From assembly GCF_009914755.1 (NCBI RefSeq), contig NC_060934.1: a stretch of DNA of 64,000 bases, one strand, 5' to 3'. Every line of letters begins with the position of its first letter. Within the stretch, counting starts at the first letter, position 1. Under the pieces are notes generated by a model. It searched no databases. It was not told the DNA's origin and saw only the letters and a program-made list of their open reading frames with translations. Made by a program: the position numbers and the translations under genes. This document shows, one piece after another, positions 14,533 to 28,186 of the stretch. The stretch comes from the human T2T-CHM13v2.0 reference genome, Homo sapiens.

Positions 14533-14690
14533 TGCTAAGGGGTTTAATCCTAGAATAGCAACCCCGATGTACTGCAGTGTAGACTTGCTAAGGGGTTTAA
14601 TCCTAGAGCAGCAGCCCCGATGTACTGCAGTGTAGACTTGCTAAGGGGTTTAATCCTAGAGCAGTAGCACTGATGTGCTGTAGTGTAGCC
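14533..14690. repeat. 53-bp tandem repeat x3
   Basis: TGCTAAGGGGTTTAATCCTAGA units start at 14533, 14586 and 14639. Confidence 0.95.
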
Positions 14691-15195
14691 GACTGGACTC
14701 GAAGGCTGGTGGATGGGTCGTGAAGACTGCTTTGGTGAGGTCCCTGGCCCAGAAAGTTGTGCTAGGAGAGCTTGTTTCCAAAAGCTTTTCCAAATTCAGG
14801 CTTCAGCTAGAGTCCTACTCCTAAAGGCCTGATTCTTGTATGGACTTCTCTGGGTTCCCACTGTTTTAATATTTTCCACTTTTTACCTACGGATCTATTC
14901 AGAAAGAGCTTAGACTCCATATCTTTTCTTACCTCAGAAACAGTTCCTTTTTGGGGTGAGGAGTTTAATATGAAAATGTCTGCCAAGCTTGTGGTCCCTC
15001 TTTCTACTTGTGGTTTGATGACTATGAATTATTTCAAAGGTTGCTGCTTAAATTAGCTTCTTTCCTTTACCTTTACAAAATGCTTTCAGAAAATTTTATA
15101 CTGAAATGCGACTAGAGATTTTAAAATGAGTGAGCCTTGATTTTGCTGGCCACACAGAAATACATGTGTCTATTTCACAGGTTTATTTTAGGGGT

Positions 15196-16484
15196 TGATA
15201 TGGTTTGGCTGTGTCCCCACACAAATCTCATCTTGAATTGTAGCTCTCATAATCCCCACATGTTTTGCGAGGGACTTGGTGGGAGGTAACTGAATCATGG
15301 GGGTGGGTCTTTCTCATGCTGTTCTCATGATAGTGAATAAGTGTCAAAAGATCTGATGGTTTTATAAAGGGCAGTTCCCCTGCACAAGCTCTCTCTTGCC
15401 TGCCACCATGTAAGACATGACTTTGCTCCTCATTCACCTTCTGCCATGATTGTGAGGCCTCCCCAGCCATGTCAAACTGTGTGTCCATTAAATCTCCTTG
15501 TCTTTATGAATTACACAGTTTTTGGTAAGTCTTTATTAGCAGTGTGAGAACAGACTCATACAGTAAATTGGTACCAGGTAGTGGGGTACTGCTGTAAAGA
15601 TGCCTGAAAATGTGGAAGCAACTTTGAAACTGGGTAACAAGCTGAGGTTGAAACAGTTTGGAGGGCTCAGAAGATGACAGGAAAATATGAGAAAGTTTGG
15701 AACTTCCTAGAGACTTGGAGAACTCAGAAGACAGAAAGATGTAAGAAAGTTTGAAACTTCCTAGAGACTTGTTGAATAGCTTTGACCAAAATTCCAGTGA
15801 TATGGACAATGAAGTCCAGGCTGAAGTGGTCACAGGTGGAGATGAGGAGCTTGTTGGGAGCTGGAGTAAAGGTCACTGTTGCTATGCAAAGAGACTGGCA
15901 GCATTTTGCCCTTGCCCTAGAGATCTATAGAACTTTGAACTTGAGAGAGATGATTTAGGGTATCTGGTGGAAGACATTTCTAAGCAGCAAAGTGTTCAAA
16001 AGAAAGCAGAGCATAAAAGTTTGGAAAATTTTCAGCCTGACAATGGGATAGGAAAGAAAAACCCATTTTCTTGGGAGAAATTCAAGTCTGCTGCAGAAAT
16101 TTGCATACATAACAAAGAGCCAAATGTTATTCACCAAGACAGTGGGGAAAATGTCTCCAGTGCATGTCAGAGACCTTTGTGTCAGCGCCCTGCCATCACA
16201 GGCCCAGAGGCCTAGGAGGAAAAAATGGTTTCCTGGGCCAGGCCCAGGGGCTCCTTTCTGTATGCAGCCAAGGGACTTGGTGCCCTGTCTTCCAACCACT
16301 CCAGCTGTGGCTAATAGGAGCCACGGTACAATCTGAGCTGCCTTTGCTCCTCCTTCACCTTCTGCTGTGATTGTGAGGCCTTGCCGGCCATGTGGAACTG
16401 TGAGTGCATTAAACCTATTTTTTTAATATAAATTACCCAGTCTTGGGTATGTCTTTATTAGCAGTGTGAGAATGAACTAATACA
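15196..16484 (+). mobile_element. THE1 MaLR provirus with internal deletion (5' LTR 15196-15562, internal 15563-~16330, partial 3' LTR ~16339-16484)
   Basis: TGATATGG... LTR, GTAAATTGGTACC internal start, ends ACTAATACA, TSD GGGGT on both sides. Confidence 0.93.
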
Positions 16485-17789
16485 GGGGTGTACCCTGAAT
16501 TTAGCGTTGAACACCTCTGCATTGCAAGGCAAATCAAAAACATATTTGCAACAAAGAACACTGTGTATGGGGCTGATGTTGATGAATGCCTTGTTCCAGT
16601 AGATTGATATGCCATTGCTCTACAAAATTCAAGTCAGTGAAAGAGTTAGTTAACTCCAATGGTATCCCTTTTCCCTAATACATACCTTATTAGAACAAGC
16701 CTTTCTAGAGGCATACAGAGGAAATATTCCAATCAGAGCATAGGAAATAGGCATTTAACTCTCATTAAAGGAGAGTGTTGCTCTGAATCTGTCAGTGGAG
16801 AGATTTATTCCATGAGGAACAAAGTATTTTATCCACTAAGTACACTCAAGGCCCTCAACTGACAGCTTTCCTCCCTTTATTTTTTAACTGTGTTTGTTTG
16901 GAGAGGCTGATGTACACTCTCACAAGATTGAAGAGCCCACACACTCTTCCTCTGTGACAGTGGGGACCCTCTGACTAATTCCTCACCTCTGTTCCTGTGA
17001 AATCTGAGTCAGGACTGACAGCTACCATGGAAACCTGTGGGTATTGAACACTTAATGTCCTAGTTCATAAAGTGAAGGTAATTTGAATTCAATGTCTTTG
17101 TCTTCTCCAACTCTCATACTTTTCTCTAGTAGATGATAAACCTTCCTTTTTCTCCCCCTCCCAGAGCCACTGGTGAGGTTATCGGTGCTGTTTGGGTTTA
17201 CCTGACCACCACCATCTGTCCCTGCAGCAGAGGAGATCTTGGAGCCTGCCCTACCATAAGCCAATGCTAGTTAAACATTATGAACTTTGAAGATATGATA
17301 TCTCTATTAATAATCTAAACTAATTTTTAGTCAAGGAATAGAAAAACATGGAGAAGAAAACTAATGCTTTGCAATGAACACTATGAGGAGGACAAGAAAA
17401 AAGAATAAAAAGATCAACAAAGTAAATGAGAACAAAAGGGATCTAATCCCAAATTAAAAACCCCCTGTGTACCCCATGCTGACAGCCTCTCTCTCAAACT
17501 GCCAGGATAACCAGGACGCCCTAACCCTGAAGCCAACGTGGATTTGCTTGACATGGTTTTTGTTTTTGTTTACTGTCTTCCCCATGTGTCATGCCCGCTT
17601 AGTGGCTGGGCACATGAGGCCTCACCCCACTGGACTCTGGAGAGGGTTTGTAGGACACAGAGAGGCTTCCCTTTCCCCCAGGGACACAGCGCCACAGCAG
17701 ACAGGCCATGGCTCCAACTTAACCTCCCATTCCTCCCAAGCTCTGACAGTGAACTATGTTGAGCTCAACAGCCACATTTACCAAGGGTA

Positions 17790-17883
17790 AGATTCTCAGG
17801 CCTCTCCTGGACCAGCTGTCCCAGAATCTGCATTGCAACAAGGCCCTGGTCATGGATACACTCATCAGAGTTTGAGAAACACT
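17790..17883. mobile_element. MER5-family hAT fragment
   Basis: CAGAATCTGCATT..AGTTTGAGAAACACT. Confidence 0.55.
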
Positions 17884-17891
17884 CTCAGATT

Positions 17892-18445
17892 CAGCGGTAC
17901 TGAAAACTTTGTGGTCTCGGGATCTCTCTACGCTCTGAAAAAATGTGGCTTTCCAGAGCTATTGCTATGTGCTTACATTTATCTCTATTTGCCAAATTTA
18001 AATTTTAAACTGTGAACATTTTAAGATATTTGTTTATTACTTTATTTACAAATAAGAACAATGACCCAACTACATGTTAATATAAATATTTTTATGAAAA
18101 GTCATTATAATCTCCAACAAAATTAGAGATAAGAATGGCATTATTTTACATTTTTGCAAATTGTTCATGTCTGGCTTAATGCAAGACAGCTGGGTCTTCT
18201 CCGCTTTCACATTCAATACACTGCACTAGTGTACATCACATAACCTCTGGAATACTCCACTGTACATTCAAGAGAGAATGAGAGTGAAGGCAGGAAAGTC
18301 TTGGAATAATACTATGAAGAGTCATGTGTTGTGACTATAATAGTATTTTGTAACAATAATCCTAAACAATGATTTGTTTAGCATTAAACAAGTAGTTTTG
18401 ACCTAGCAGTCCTCCTGAACAAGGGCTCACTCCGCAGAACCTTTG
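17892..18445. mobile_element. Charlie1b-like hAT DNA transposon
   Basis: CAGCGG start; TTACATTTTTGCAAAT..TGTCTGGCTTAAT..AGACAGCTGG; CTCCACTGTACA..GAGAGAATGAGAGTGAA; TAGTTTTGACCT. Confidence 0.8.
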
Positions 18446-18531
18446 CTCCTATCCAAGCCCCACCTTCATTAGCTGGGTGGTCTTTTTAAGCAAGTGATGG
18501 CATCTCTGCTTTTCCTTACCTGAGGCGGTAG

Positions 18532-18875
<344 letters not shown>

Positions 18876-21469
18876 TATGTGCTAGGTACTTTTATGAATC
18901 TATACTTTACTGTGGGAGAAGAAAGGAAAAACAGAGACCCAGCAAATAACATGCCCTTGTCCAACAAACAGAACGCCGGAATTCAAGTGGAGATCTTTGG
19001 AACTCCAGTCCTCCCTCCAGAGGTGAAAGTGTTATTTGTGAATTGTAAGTTGATCAAGTGCTGTAAACTAACTAAAGTTACAAACTAACTGAAGTGCTAG
19101 AAACTAAAATAAATACAATAATGAAGAACAAGCATCATTATTCATAGTGTCTTTAATATTTCCATAGGCTACTTGGTTTGAAAAAGCAGCCTCCTCTGTG
19201 AGCCACTGAGCAGGAGGAAAAGCCAGCCCTGGAAGGACTCTGCAGAGAACAGATCACAGTGTTTAATTTGCCAGAGGCATGCGAGCTTCTCAGAGTCCTA
19301 CAGCCACAGGAGCTTTGCCTTCCCTTAAATGAGCCGTGGGGCTGCAACCTGGGTGTCGGAAAGGGCAAAGTGCAGTCGAACATTCACATTTGTCCTGGAA
19401 GGACAGTTGATGTTTTGATGTTAGGAACACTGGGGGAAGTGGGGTGTTGTTGGTTTGAAGTAAGATTATTCTGTGTGTTATAACAACGGCAACCCTGGAA
19501 TTGACAGGGAGACCCAGTGCAGGAGAGAAGGCAACCAGGCAGGGTCTTTGCTGTTCAGGGAGGTTCTGAGCTGGAAGGACAACGGAATTAGGTGTAGCGG
19601 GAGAGCACGAGCTCGGCCCCCGCCTCCTTTCTGTCTTGGCCTTTCTGCCTTGGTCTCAGCGGTACCCATTAGTTCCTTTGCCAGTGCCCCTTTTGACTGA
19701 AGAGCCTGCCGCCTCTTTCACTTTCAGTAAGTCTCCTTTGCCTAAATGTGCTGATTAACTCACCCTGTCTTTTGGTATATTGGGCAGGTCTACCCAAAGG
19801 AAGGATTGAGATAAAGTTCTGGATATGTCAAGGTAAATGGGAAGTTCAGTGATCTTTTGTAAATTGTCAGGCCCTGTGCTGTGTTGTATGTTATAAAAAC
19901 AAACAAACAAACTCAGAAGATTTCACTTCTGCGCCCACAGTATAATGTAATAATTAATATATGTTCAGGGCAACTAAAAATCAGGTTGATAGCTGCCGAT
20001 AAATATGCAAACACGCGAGGTCAGCTGTGATTTTTGTCAGTTCCTTTTTGTGGTATTTTAACAACAATTTACCTTTTATCTGCACATATTGTCTATACCA
20101 CAAGGTCCCCTGAAAAGTGGGGCAGGTGTTTGAGTCATAAAAGATAAATATATCCTGAAATGGCTATTGTTTCGAGTCTGTGAATCATTTCAAAGGACAT
20201 TTGCCGTGCAAATAGATGATGTAACTCTATGTGTTTTCAATAGCACATCTGCAAGTTAAGTCGTGTGATTCCCTGGATGATATTAAGTCTGCAAATAGAC
20301 TGCCACTCACAAACAATATTGTAAGTGAGATCGGTAGAGTCCCTGTTCTAGAACAAGGACATTGACCTGTGTTTTCAGCTAAAGCAATGTTCACTCCCTT
20401 AAGGGAACATACCTGATTTTATTTTGTTAAAACTTTTATTACTGCAAACTTCCTGCATGTAAAATGTACTAGTGAAAATTCTTTTGGTATACTAGCAGCC
20501 TGCATTGCCCAAAACCGATAAAAAATAGATTAAAAATTAAACATTTATGACCCAAGGAACTGCTGAATAGACTATGTTGGGAAGAACATCTGTAACCATA
20601 AAACTCAGACTCTTGAAATTTGAATTTGCCTGTTGTGCTTATTTAATTACTGTGCAGAGTTACTTGTTGGGTCCAGGTAGGGCAATGACTGGGCTGTAAA
20701 AAATATTATTCCCTCAAGGATTGTCTTGTGCAAATTCTAGAGGGGAAAATTATCTTTCCAATACCCAAGTGTGACTTCCATTACCATTAAATGGAGCCAT
20801 GCGTACTGTGTGAGGGTATAATGGACCCCAGAGTAGAGAGATAAAACTGTAATGCCAACTCCCTATAGCACATCAGCAATATTATTTAACTTGAAGCTTT
20901 TTAACCTGTGAGAAAAGAGTAAACCTTGTTCTTAATTAAATGAATAAGGCAGCTTGTAGATACGTTCATTAACGCACATAGATTCACAGCTTGACGGTAA
21001 GCTTGGTCCCCTCTTTCCTGTCCTCATCCCATCCACCCGGATCACAAGCATCTCCAGTTAGAAACCCTGCCGGGTCATTTTTGTGTCCTCAACAGAGTCT
21101 AGCGTAGCAGGAAGCAGATTGTAAGATTTAGCAAGATACATGCTTATGAAAATGAGCAGTGGGAAAATAATTACTTGGTTTTTGTTTAATTCTATTTGTA
21201 GATTGGCTATTTCATTTCTGAGTAGCAAATTTAACATATTTAAGGTTAGAATCTACCAAGTTTGCTAACGTTCTTAATTAGAAAAAATGCAAGTCATCCA
21301 TATATGAGTTTCCGAATAGTGGCGTTGAGTGGGTCTCTGGTCTCAGGAGGAAAAAGAAACGAAGATGATCTTACCAAAGAATAGAAACAGTGAGTCAGGA
21401 AGGCAGGTTTTAGTTCTAGTTCTCACACCAAATATTTATGTTATCTCAAATTCTCTTGATCATAATTTA

Positions 21470-22121
<652 letters not shown>

Positions 22122-22997
22122 GAAAAATCGTTATTTTTATAAAGAGTTACTGTTATATTGCTGATCGTATTACAGGAAATAAATCTGACATAGCAAATCT
22201 TATCCAGAGGTTGGAAGTGACAGTCAAATAGTTTTCCTAGATTTCTTTTCATAAACAAACAAATTTTGCAAATATTAGTTCACTAAATAATAACATGCCA
22301 CATCAGCACAGCAATACAGGAAACAAAGCAAATCAATCTCTACTGCAAAGATAATGAAGACCATTGTGAAACGATACAGGGTAAGTTATAGGAGTCATAT
22401 GGGAAGACATATCCAGAACATTATTAAATATCTTTACACGTATCATCTCACTCAACCATGAAAACAACACTGAATCACACAAGATGTCATTTGGAGTTAC
22501 ATTGTTGCATTCTCATTAACACAATAGTGACAAACTAATAATGTTATCTGGAAAGCTTCTTGATCAATCAGCCTTCCTAGTTGATAGGACTGGCTTATTT
22601 TTCTGTCTAGCTACACAAGTAAGAAGCGACTTTCCGAAAAGTTCTAAAAGTGCTGCAAGGTGGGAAAAATGTGGAATTGACTACAGGTAATTTGAATGTT
22701 GGCCTTATCAACCCTTTCGTTAAATCCGAAGAGGCAAGGGAAGCCTGGGGAAATGGCGGGGACAGCAGCTGTGGTCAGCTTGCTGGAGAGGAAAAGGATC
22801 TCTCAGGCCTGATGTCTTCTCCCTTCTGGTTATTAGATATAAGCACAGTGGAATGAATCCAACATGAGCTTGCTGGGAACTTTATTCTTAGTCCTTATTT
22901 ATGGTTACAGTGGCACCTCCATGTGTTATTTGGGACTCTTTCCCCTTACGGCAATTAACCAGATCAACCAAGGAGTAAATCAGTGTGTCCTTTGACA

Positions 22998-23182
22998 CCA
23001 GTGTGGTTCCTGGATTAGTCACATCAGCTTTCACGGGAGCTTGGCAACAATGCAGATCTTGGGCCTGTCCCATGAGAGCCTGGTAGAAATGCAGACCCTG
23101 GGTCCATTTCAGATCCACCAAATTGGAGTTTTTGAACAATTTCTCCAGGGGATTCTGATGCAACATCAAGTTTGAACGCTGT
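22998..23182. mobile_element. MER5-family hAT fragment(s)
   Basis: AGTGTGGTTCCTGGA..AGAAATGCAGA..CAGGGGATTCTGATGCA..AAGTTTGA. Confidence 0.6.
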
Positions 23183-23356
23183 GTTTGAGGTAGTGGAATA
23201 ATCTGGCCTCCTTCTCCCCACCGCCTCAGGAGGCATTTCGCAGTGCAGCGCCGTTTTTCCTTTAGTGTTCACAAAGAAGACAGTGAGAGTAGGGAGCGAG
23301 AGACAGGGCAACAATGGAACCCAAATGTCCTTGAATGGGTTTTGTTTCTTTTAGAC

Positions 23357-23540
23357 CCGCGGTTCCCAAACCTGAACATGCATCGGAACCACTGGGAGGG
23401 CTCGTTAAGGCCCAGCTTCTGGGCCCCATCTCAGAGCTTCCAGAGGCGTAGGCCTGGGGGCATCGGGGGCCTTGAGAATTTGCAGTTCTCAGAAGTTCTC
23501 CTGCGATGCCTGCCCGGCCTCACATTCAGAACCACTGGCT
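23357..23540. mobile_element. MER5A-like hAT element
   Basis: GCGGTTCCCAAAC..GCATCGGAACCAC..GAGAATTTGCAGTTCT..AGAACCACTG. Confidence 0.7.
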
Positions 23541-23910
23541 TGTAGAAACAAACAGGAAACTCTCAACTCAGCTGTTTTAAACTCCAGGGATGGGGAACAC
23601 ATTTTAACCAATAGACACAATATATGCTAAATAATGCCCTGTAGCTTCACAGCCTTGCCAGGGTCGGGGAAGTGGCTGGAGGAGAGAGAAGCAGACATTT
23701 GGGAGGTTGGAAAAGGAAGTGAATAGAGCCAAGGAAGGGACGAAGACAAGGGTGCCTGGAGAGGCCGGGGAGGTAAGGAAGCCTCTCTAAGAGGAGAGAG
23801 GAAAAGCCAGGATGCAAACCAACAAAACCTCTGGAATGTTAGGGAAACACGAAACACGAGCTTTGGGATTAGCCGAGGTGCAAAGCCGGAAGCTTGTTCA
23901 TGTGGAATCA

Positions 23911-24291
<381 letters not shown>

Positions 24292-24783
24292 TCAATAGCC
24301 GTGATTCACAGATTGAATCTGCTGGCTGTTAAACCTTTGTGTTTTGTGAATACAATTATTGCTGAGCGCTTCATATTAAAAAGTAAAGTTTTTGACAGTC
24401 AGAGGGTCTATTCTTTAGTTTAATAAATAATATATGTTTTTAATTGCACTGTATTTTTCTGTTTTTTTCTGTAAACCCTCACAATAAAAGTGTTTTAATT
24501 TAGCCATTTACACTTTTAAAATATATCTGTATACATATGTAGAAAGATAGATTTGCTTTTTGTGAGGTTTCTAAATTTACACAGATTTTAATTCAACAGA
24601 CCTGAATGACTATATTTTTAATAAAATTTATGTCTTTGAATATTGATATCTAATAAAGACTGATATTTAGTGTTTATTTTATTGGCCCTTTGAAGCACTT
24701 GTCTGAAAAGGGCTCATTACTGACCCTGTAAATTTCAACAGCTCTCTATGACTTCTTAGTTTATAGCATGTTTTAAATTAGTA

Positions 24784-25655
24784 GGCTTTATTGATACATA
24801 ATTCTCATACCATACAATTTGCCCAATGAAAGTGTACAATGTAATGGTTTTTAATATATTCACAGATATGTGCAACCATCACCAATTAACTTTTAGAACA
24901 TGAATATTCTCATTATCTAAGAAAGCCCGTGTCTGTTACCTGTCACCACCCTCCCCTCCACCCCCCCCGCCCCCACCCCGCCCCACTGCCAGTCCTCAGG
25001 AAGCACCAATCTCTTCTGTGTCTCTTAGATTTCCCTATTATGGACATTTCAAAGAAATGGAATCATATGACGTGGTCTTTTGTGATTGGCTTTTTTCATG
25101 TAGCATAATGTTTTTGTTTTTTAATAAACTTTTTACTTTAGTTTTAGATTCATAGAAAAGTTGGGGTGATAATACTAAGAGTTCCTCTACAACCTACGGT
25201 CAATTCCCTGATTATTAATATCTTCTATTAGTGAAGTACGTTTCTCACAATTGATTAGCCAATATTGTACATTGCTGTTGACTAAAGTCCATACTTTCTT
25301 CACATTTCTTTAGTGTTTATACAATGCCCTTTTTCTGTTTCAGGAGCCATCCAGGAGATCCTGATATACTCAGTTGTCTAATTTCCTTAGATTCCTCTTG
25401 GGCATAGCATTTTCTCACTTTCCATACTCTTTTAATTTATTTTTAATTGGCAAATAAAAATTCTATATATTTATGGCATGCAACATAGTATTCTGAAATA
25501 TGTATACATTGTAAAACAGCTAGCTTGATCTAATTAACACCTGCATTACCTCATATACTTATTTTTTGTGTGTGGTGAGAACACTGAAAATCTACTCTCA
25601 GTGATTTTCAAGTATATGATACATTATTATTAACTACACTCACTATATTGTACAG
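24784..25655 (-). mobile_element. Three abutting L1M 3' ends (L1MB-like ~24784-25112, L1MC-like ~25117-25430, L1MA-like ~25431-25655)
   Basis: Three successive antisense L1 termini (GCTTTATTGATACATAATT; TTTTAGATTCATAGAAAAGTT; TTTTAATTGGCAAATAAAAATT). Confidence 0.8.
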
Positions 25656-25794
25656 CATTTTTAACAGATGGGCTTAAATCCATTACTATATTGTGTGCTG
25701 TAGTTGGAAAAATACACATGTGTGTTGTGACTAAATGAACAATATGGGGCTTCCTGCTCTTCCATCAGCCTCAGTGTCAAAGGCTGAGTCTACA

Positions 25795-26980
25795 TGTCAT
25801 CACCTGATGGGTTCTCTCTGTCCACTGCACAGACAAAACCAGTTCACTGAGACCGTGGGATTTCAGTAAAGAAAGTTTAACTAATGTGGGGCTGGCCACG
25901 TGGAAGACAGTTATTACTCAAATCAGTCTCCTCAAAGGCTTGAAGGTTGGGGCTTTTAAGGATAGTTTGGTGGGCAGGGGACCAGGGAATGGGTGCTGAT
26001 GGTTGGCTGGGGATGCAATCACAGGAGTGTGGAGTGCAGTCCTCATGTTCTGAGTCCACCTCTTGGTGGGGTCCAGGGGACTGGTTGAGTCATCAGTCAC
26101 AAGTCTGGGTGGGCTCAGTCAGTTGCTAGAATGCAAAAGTTTGGAACCAACCCAAATGTCCATCAATGATAGACTGGATAAAGAAAATGTGGCACATATA
26201 TACCATGGAATACTATGCAGCCATAAAAAAGGATGAGTTCATGTCTTTTGCAGGGACATGGATGAATCTGGAACCATCATTCTCAGCAAACTAACATAGG
26301 AACAGAAAACCAAACCCCACATGTTCTCACTCACAAGTGGGAGTTGAACAGTGAGAACACATGGACACAGGGAGGGGAACATCACACACCAGGACCTATT
26401 GGGGGGGTGATGGGCTAGGGGAGAGAGAGCATTAGGAGAAATAACTAATGCAGGTGACAGGTTGATGGGTGCAGCAAACCACCATGGCACGTGTATACCT
26501 ATGTAACATACCTGCATGTTCTGCACATATATCTCAGAATTTTAAAAAAAAGAAAAAAAAGTTTGAAAAACATCTCAAAAGACCAATCTTAGGTTCCACA
26601 ATAGTCATGTTAGCTATAGGAGCAATTGAGGAAGTCACAAATCTTGTGCTCTCTGGCCACTTGGCTCCTGAGCAGTGAGAGATTATAGAAACTATTCTTA
26701 TATTATAGCAGAATCCAGGCCCGTCACAAAATCCTAATCTTGTGCCCTTGCGTTAGTCTTACAGAGTCAGTTTCAGCCCCAAACAAGGAAGGAACCAGTT
26801 TATGGAGGAACTTATAATCATTCTTGCTTCACAGTTAAACTATGAACTAAATTCCTCCCATGGTTAGCTTGGCCTATGCCCAGGAATGAGGGAAGACAGC
26901 CAGCCTGTGAGGCTAGAATCAAGATGGAGCTGGCCATGCCAGACATCTCTCACTGTCATCGTCTTGCAAAGGTGGCTTCA
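25795..26980 (-). mobile_element. ERV1 LTR, LTR8B-like, split by an L1PA insertion
   Basis: GATGGGTTC..CTGCACAGACAAAACC..TTATTACTCAAATCAGTCTCC; ends TTGCAAAGGTGGCTTCA. Confidence 0.8.
26143..26560 (+). mobile_element. L1PA (PA7/8-like) 3' end, 5'-truncated
   Basis: GGAACCAACCCAAATGTCCATCAATGATAGACTGGAT..., poly(A), TSD AAAAGTTTG. Confidence 0.95.
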
Positions 26981-27612
26981 TTTGTAACAAATCAGAATCA
27001 CAAAAGGAACACATTTTCAAAAAAAAAAAAAAAAATGGAGCCCATAGGTCACTAAGAAGATTGTATAATTTAATGTAAACAAACACTTTACCATTTTTAA
27101 AATGCATAATTTTCAAAGCAAACTGCTTTCATCTTGGTTGGTGTAGTGTGTCTAGGGGTTGAGCCCCAGGCTGGATTCCCAGACAAGGCTCACTGCTTGT
27201 ATTAGGAACACCTGCCATCTGGACAGTCACCCAGGTTCCTTCTCTGGCCTGCGGTTTGCATCAATCCGAGCGCCCTCCTGATGTCATGAGGGTAAACGAT
27301 GCACACACAGTGTCTCTAGGGGTCCTCAGCAGTGGCACTGCTCCATCAGTATTAGTTAGTAATGAGGGCGACGGGGATGGCAGGGTTGACCTGTCGTTGG
27401 GGCTGCCACGTGCCTTTGGAAGTCCCATAGAACATGTCTGACTTTAGGTCTCATCACAACCCAGTGAGGGTGAAGGCTCCGCCAAGTGCAGAGCAGTGAA
27501 GGGTCACGAGAGATTAGAATTGGGAGATCTCAGCCCAGCCGTGGGCCCTGGTGCCTGGGACTGGGGATGACACTTGATAACAGCTGCCCTTTGGATGCAG
27601 ATCTGGGTGTGG

Positions 27613-28186
27613 GGGTTTAGCTCCTGAGCCTTGCGTTAGAAGCTCAACTCTGAAATTCACATGGCCTATGACCTTGGGAAGTTCCGTGTGTCCTGGGTTT
27701 AGCTCCTGAGCCTTGCGTTAGAACCTCAACTCTGAAATTCACATGGCCTATGACCTTGGGAACTTCCGTGTGTCCTGGGTTTAGCTCCTGAGCCTTGCGT
27801 TAGAAGCTCAACTCTGAAATTCACATGGCCTATGACCTTGGGAAGTTCCGTGTGTCCTGGGTTTAGCTCCTGAGCCTTGCGTTAGAAGCTCAACTCTGAA
27901 ATTCACACGGCCTATGACCTTGGGAAGTTCCGTGTGTCCTGGGTTTAGCTCCTGAGCCTTGCGTTAGAACCTCAACTCTGAAATTCACATGGCCTATGAC
28001 CTTGGGAAGTTCCGTGTGTCCTGGGTTTAGCTCCTGAGCCTTGCGTTAGAACCTCAACTCTGAAATTCACATGGCCTATGACCTTGGGAAGTTCCGTGTG
28101 TCCTGGGTTTAGCTCCTGAGCCTTGCGTTAGAACCTCAACTCTGTAATTCACGTGGCCTATGACCTTGGGAAGTTCCATGTGTCCT
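27613..28186. repeat. 82-bp minisatellite, 7 near-identical copies
   Basis: Units start at 27613, 27695, 27777, 27859, 27941, 28023 and 28105. Confidence 0.98.

Noticed and set aside
15660-15772. Internal ~50-bp duplication in the THE1 internal region
   Set aside because: I recall this as a feature of THE1 internal consensuses, not specific to this locus
27613-28186. Regular array resembling CRISPR
   Set aside because: Whole units repeat with no unique spacers, there are no cas genes and the context is primate DNA
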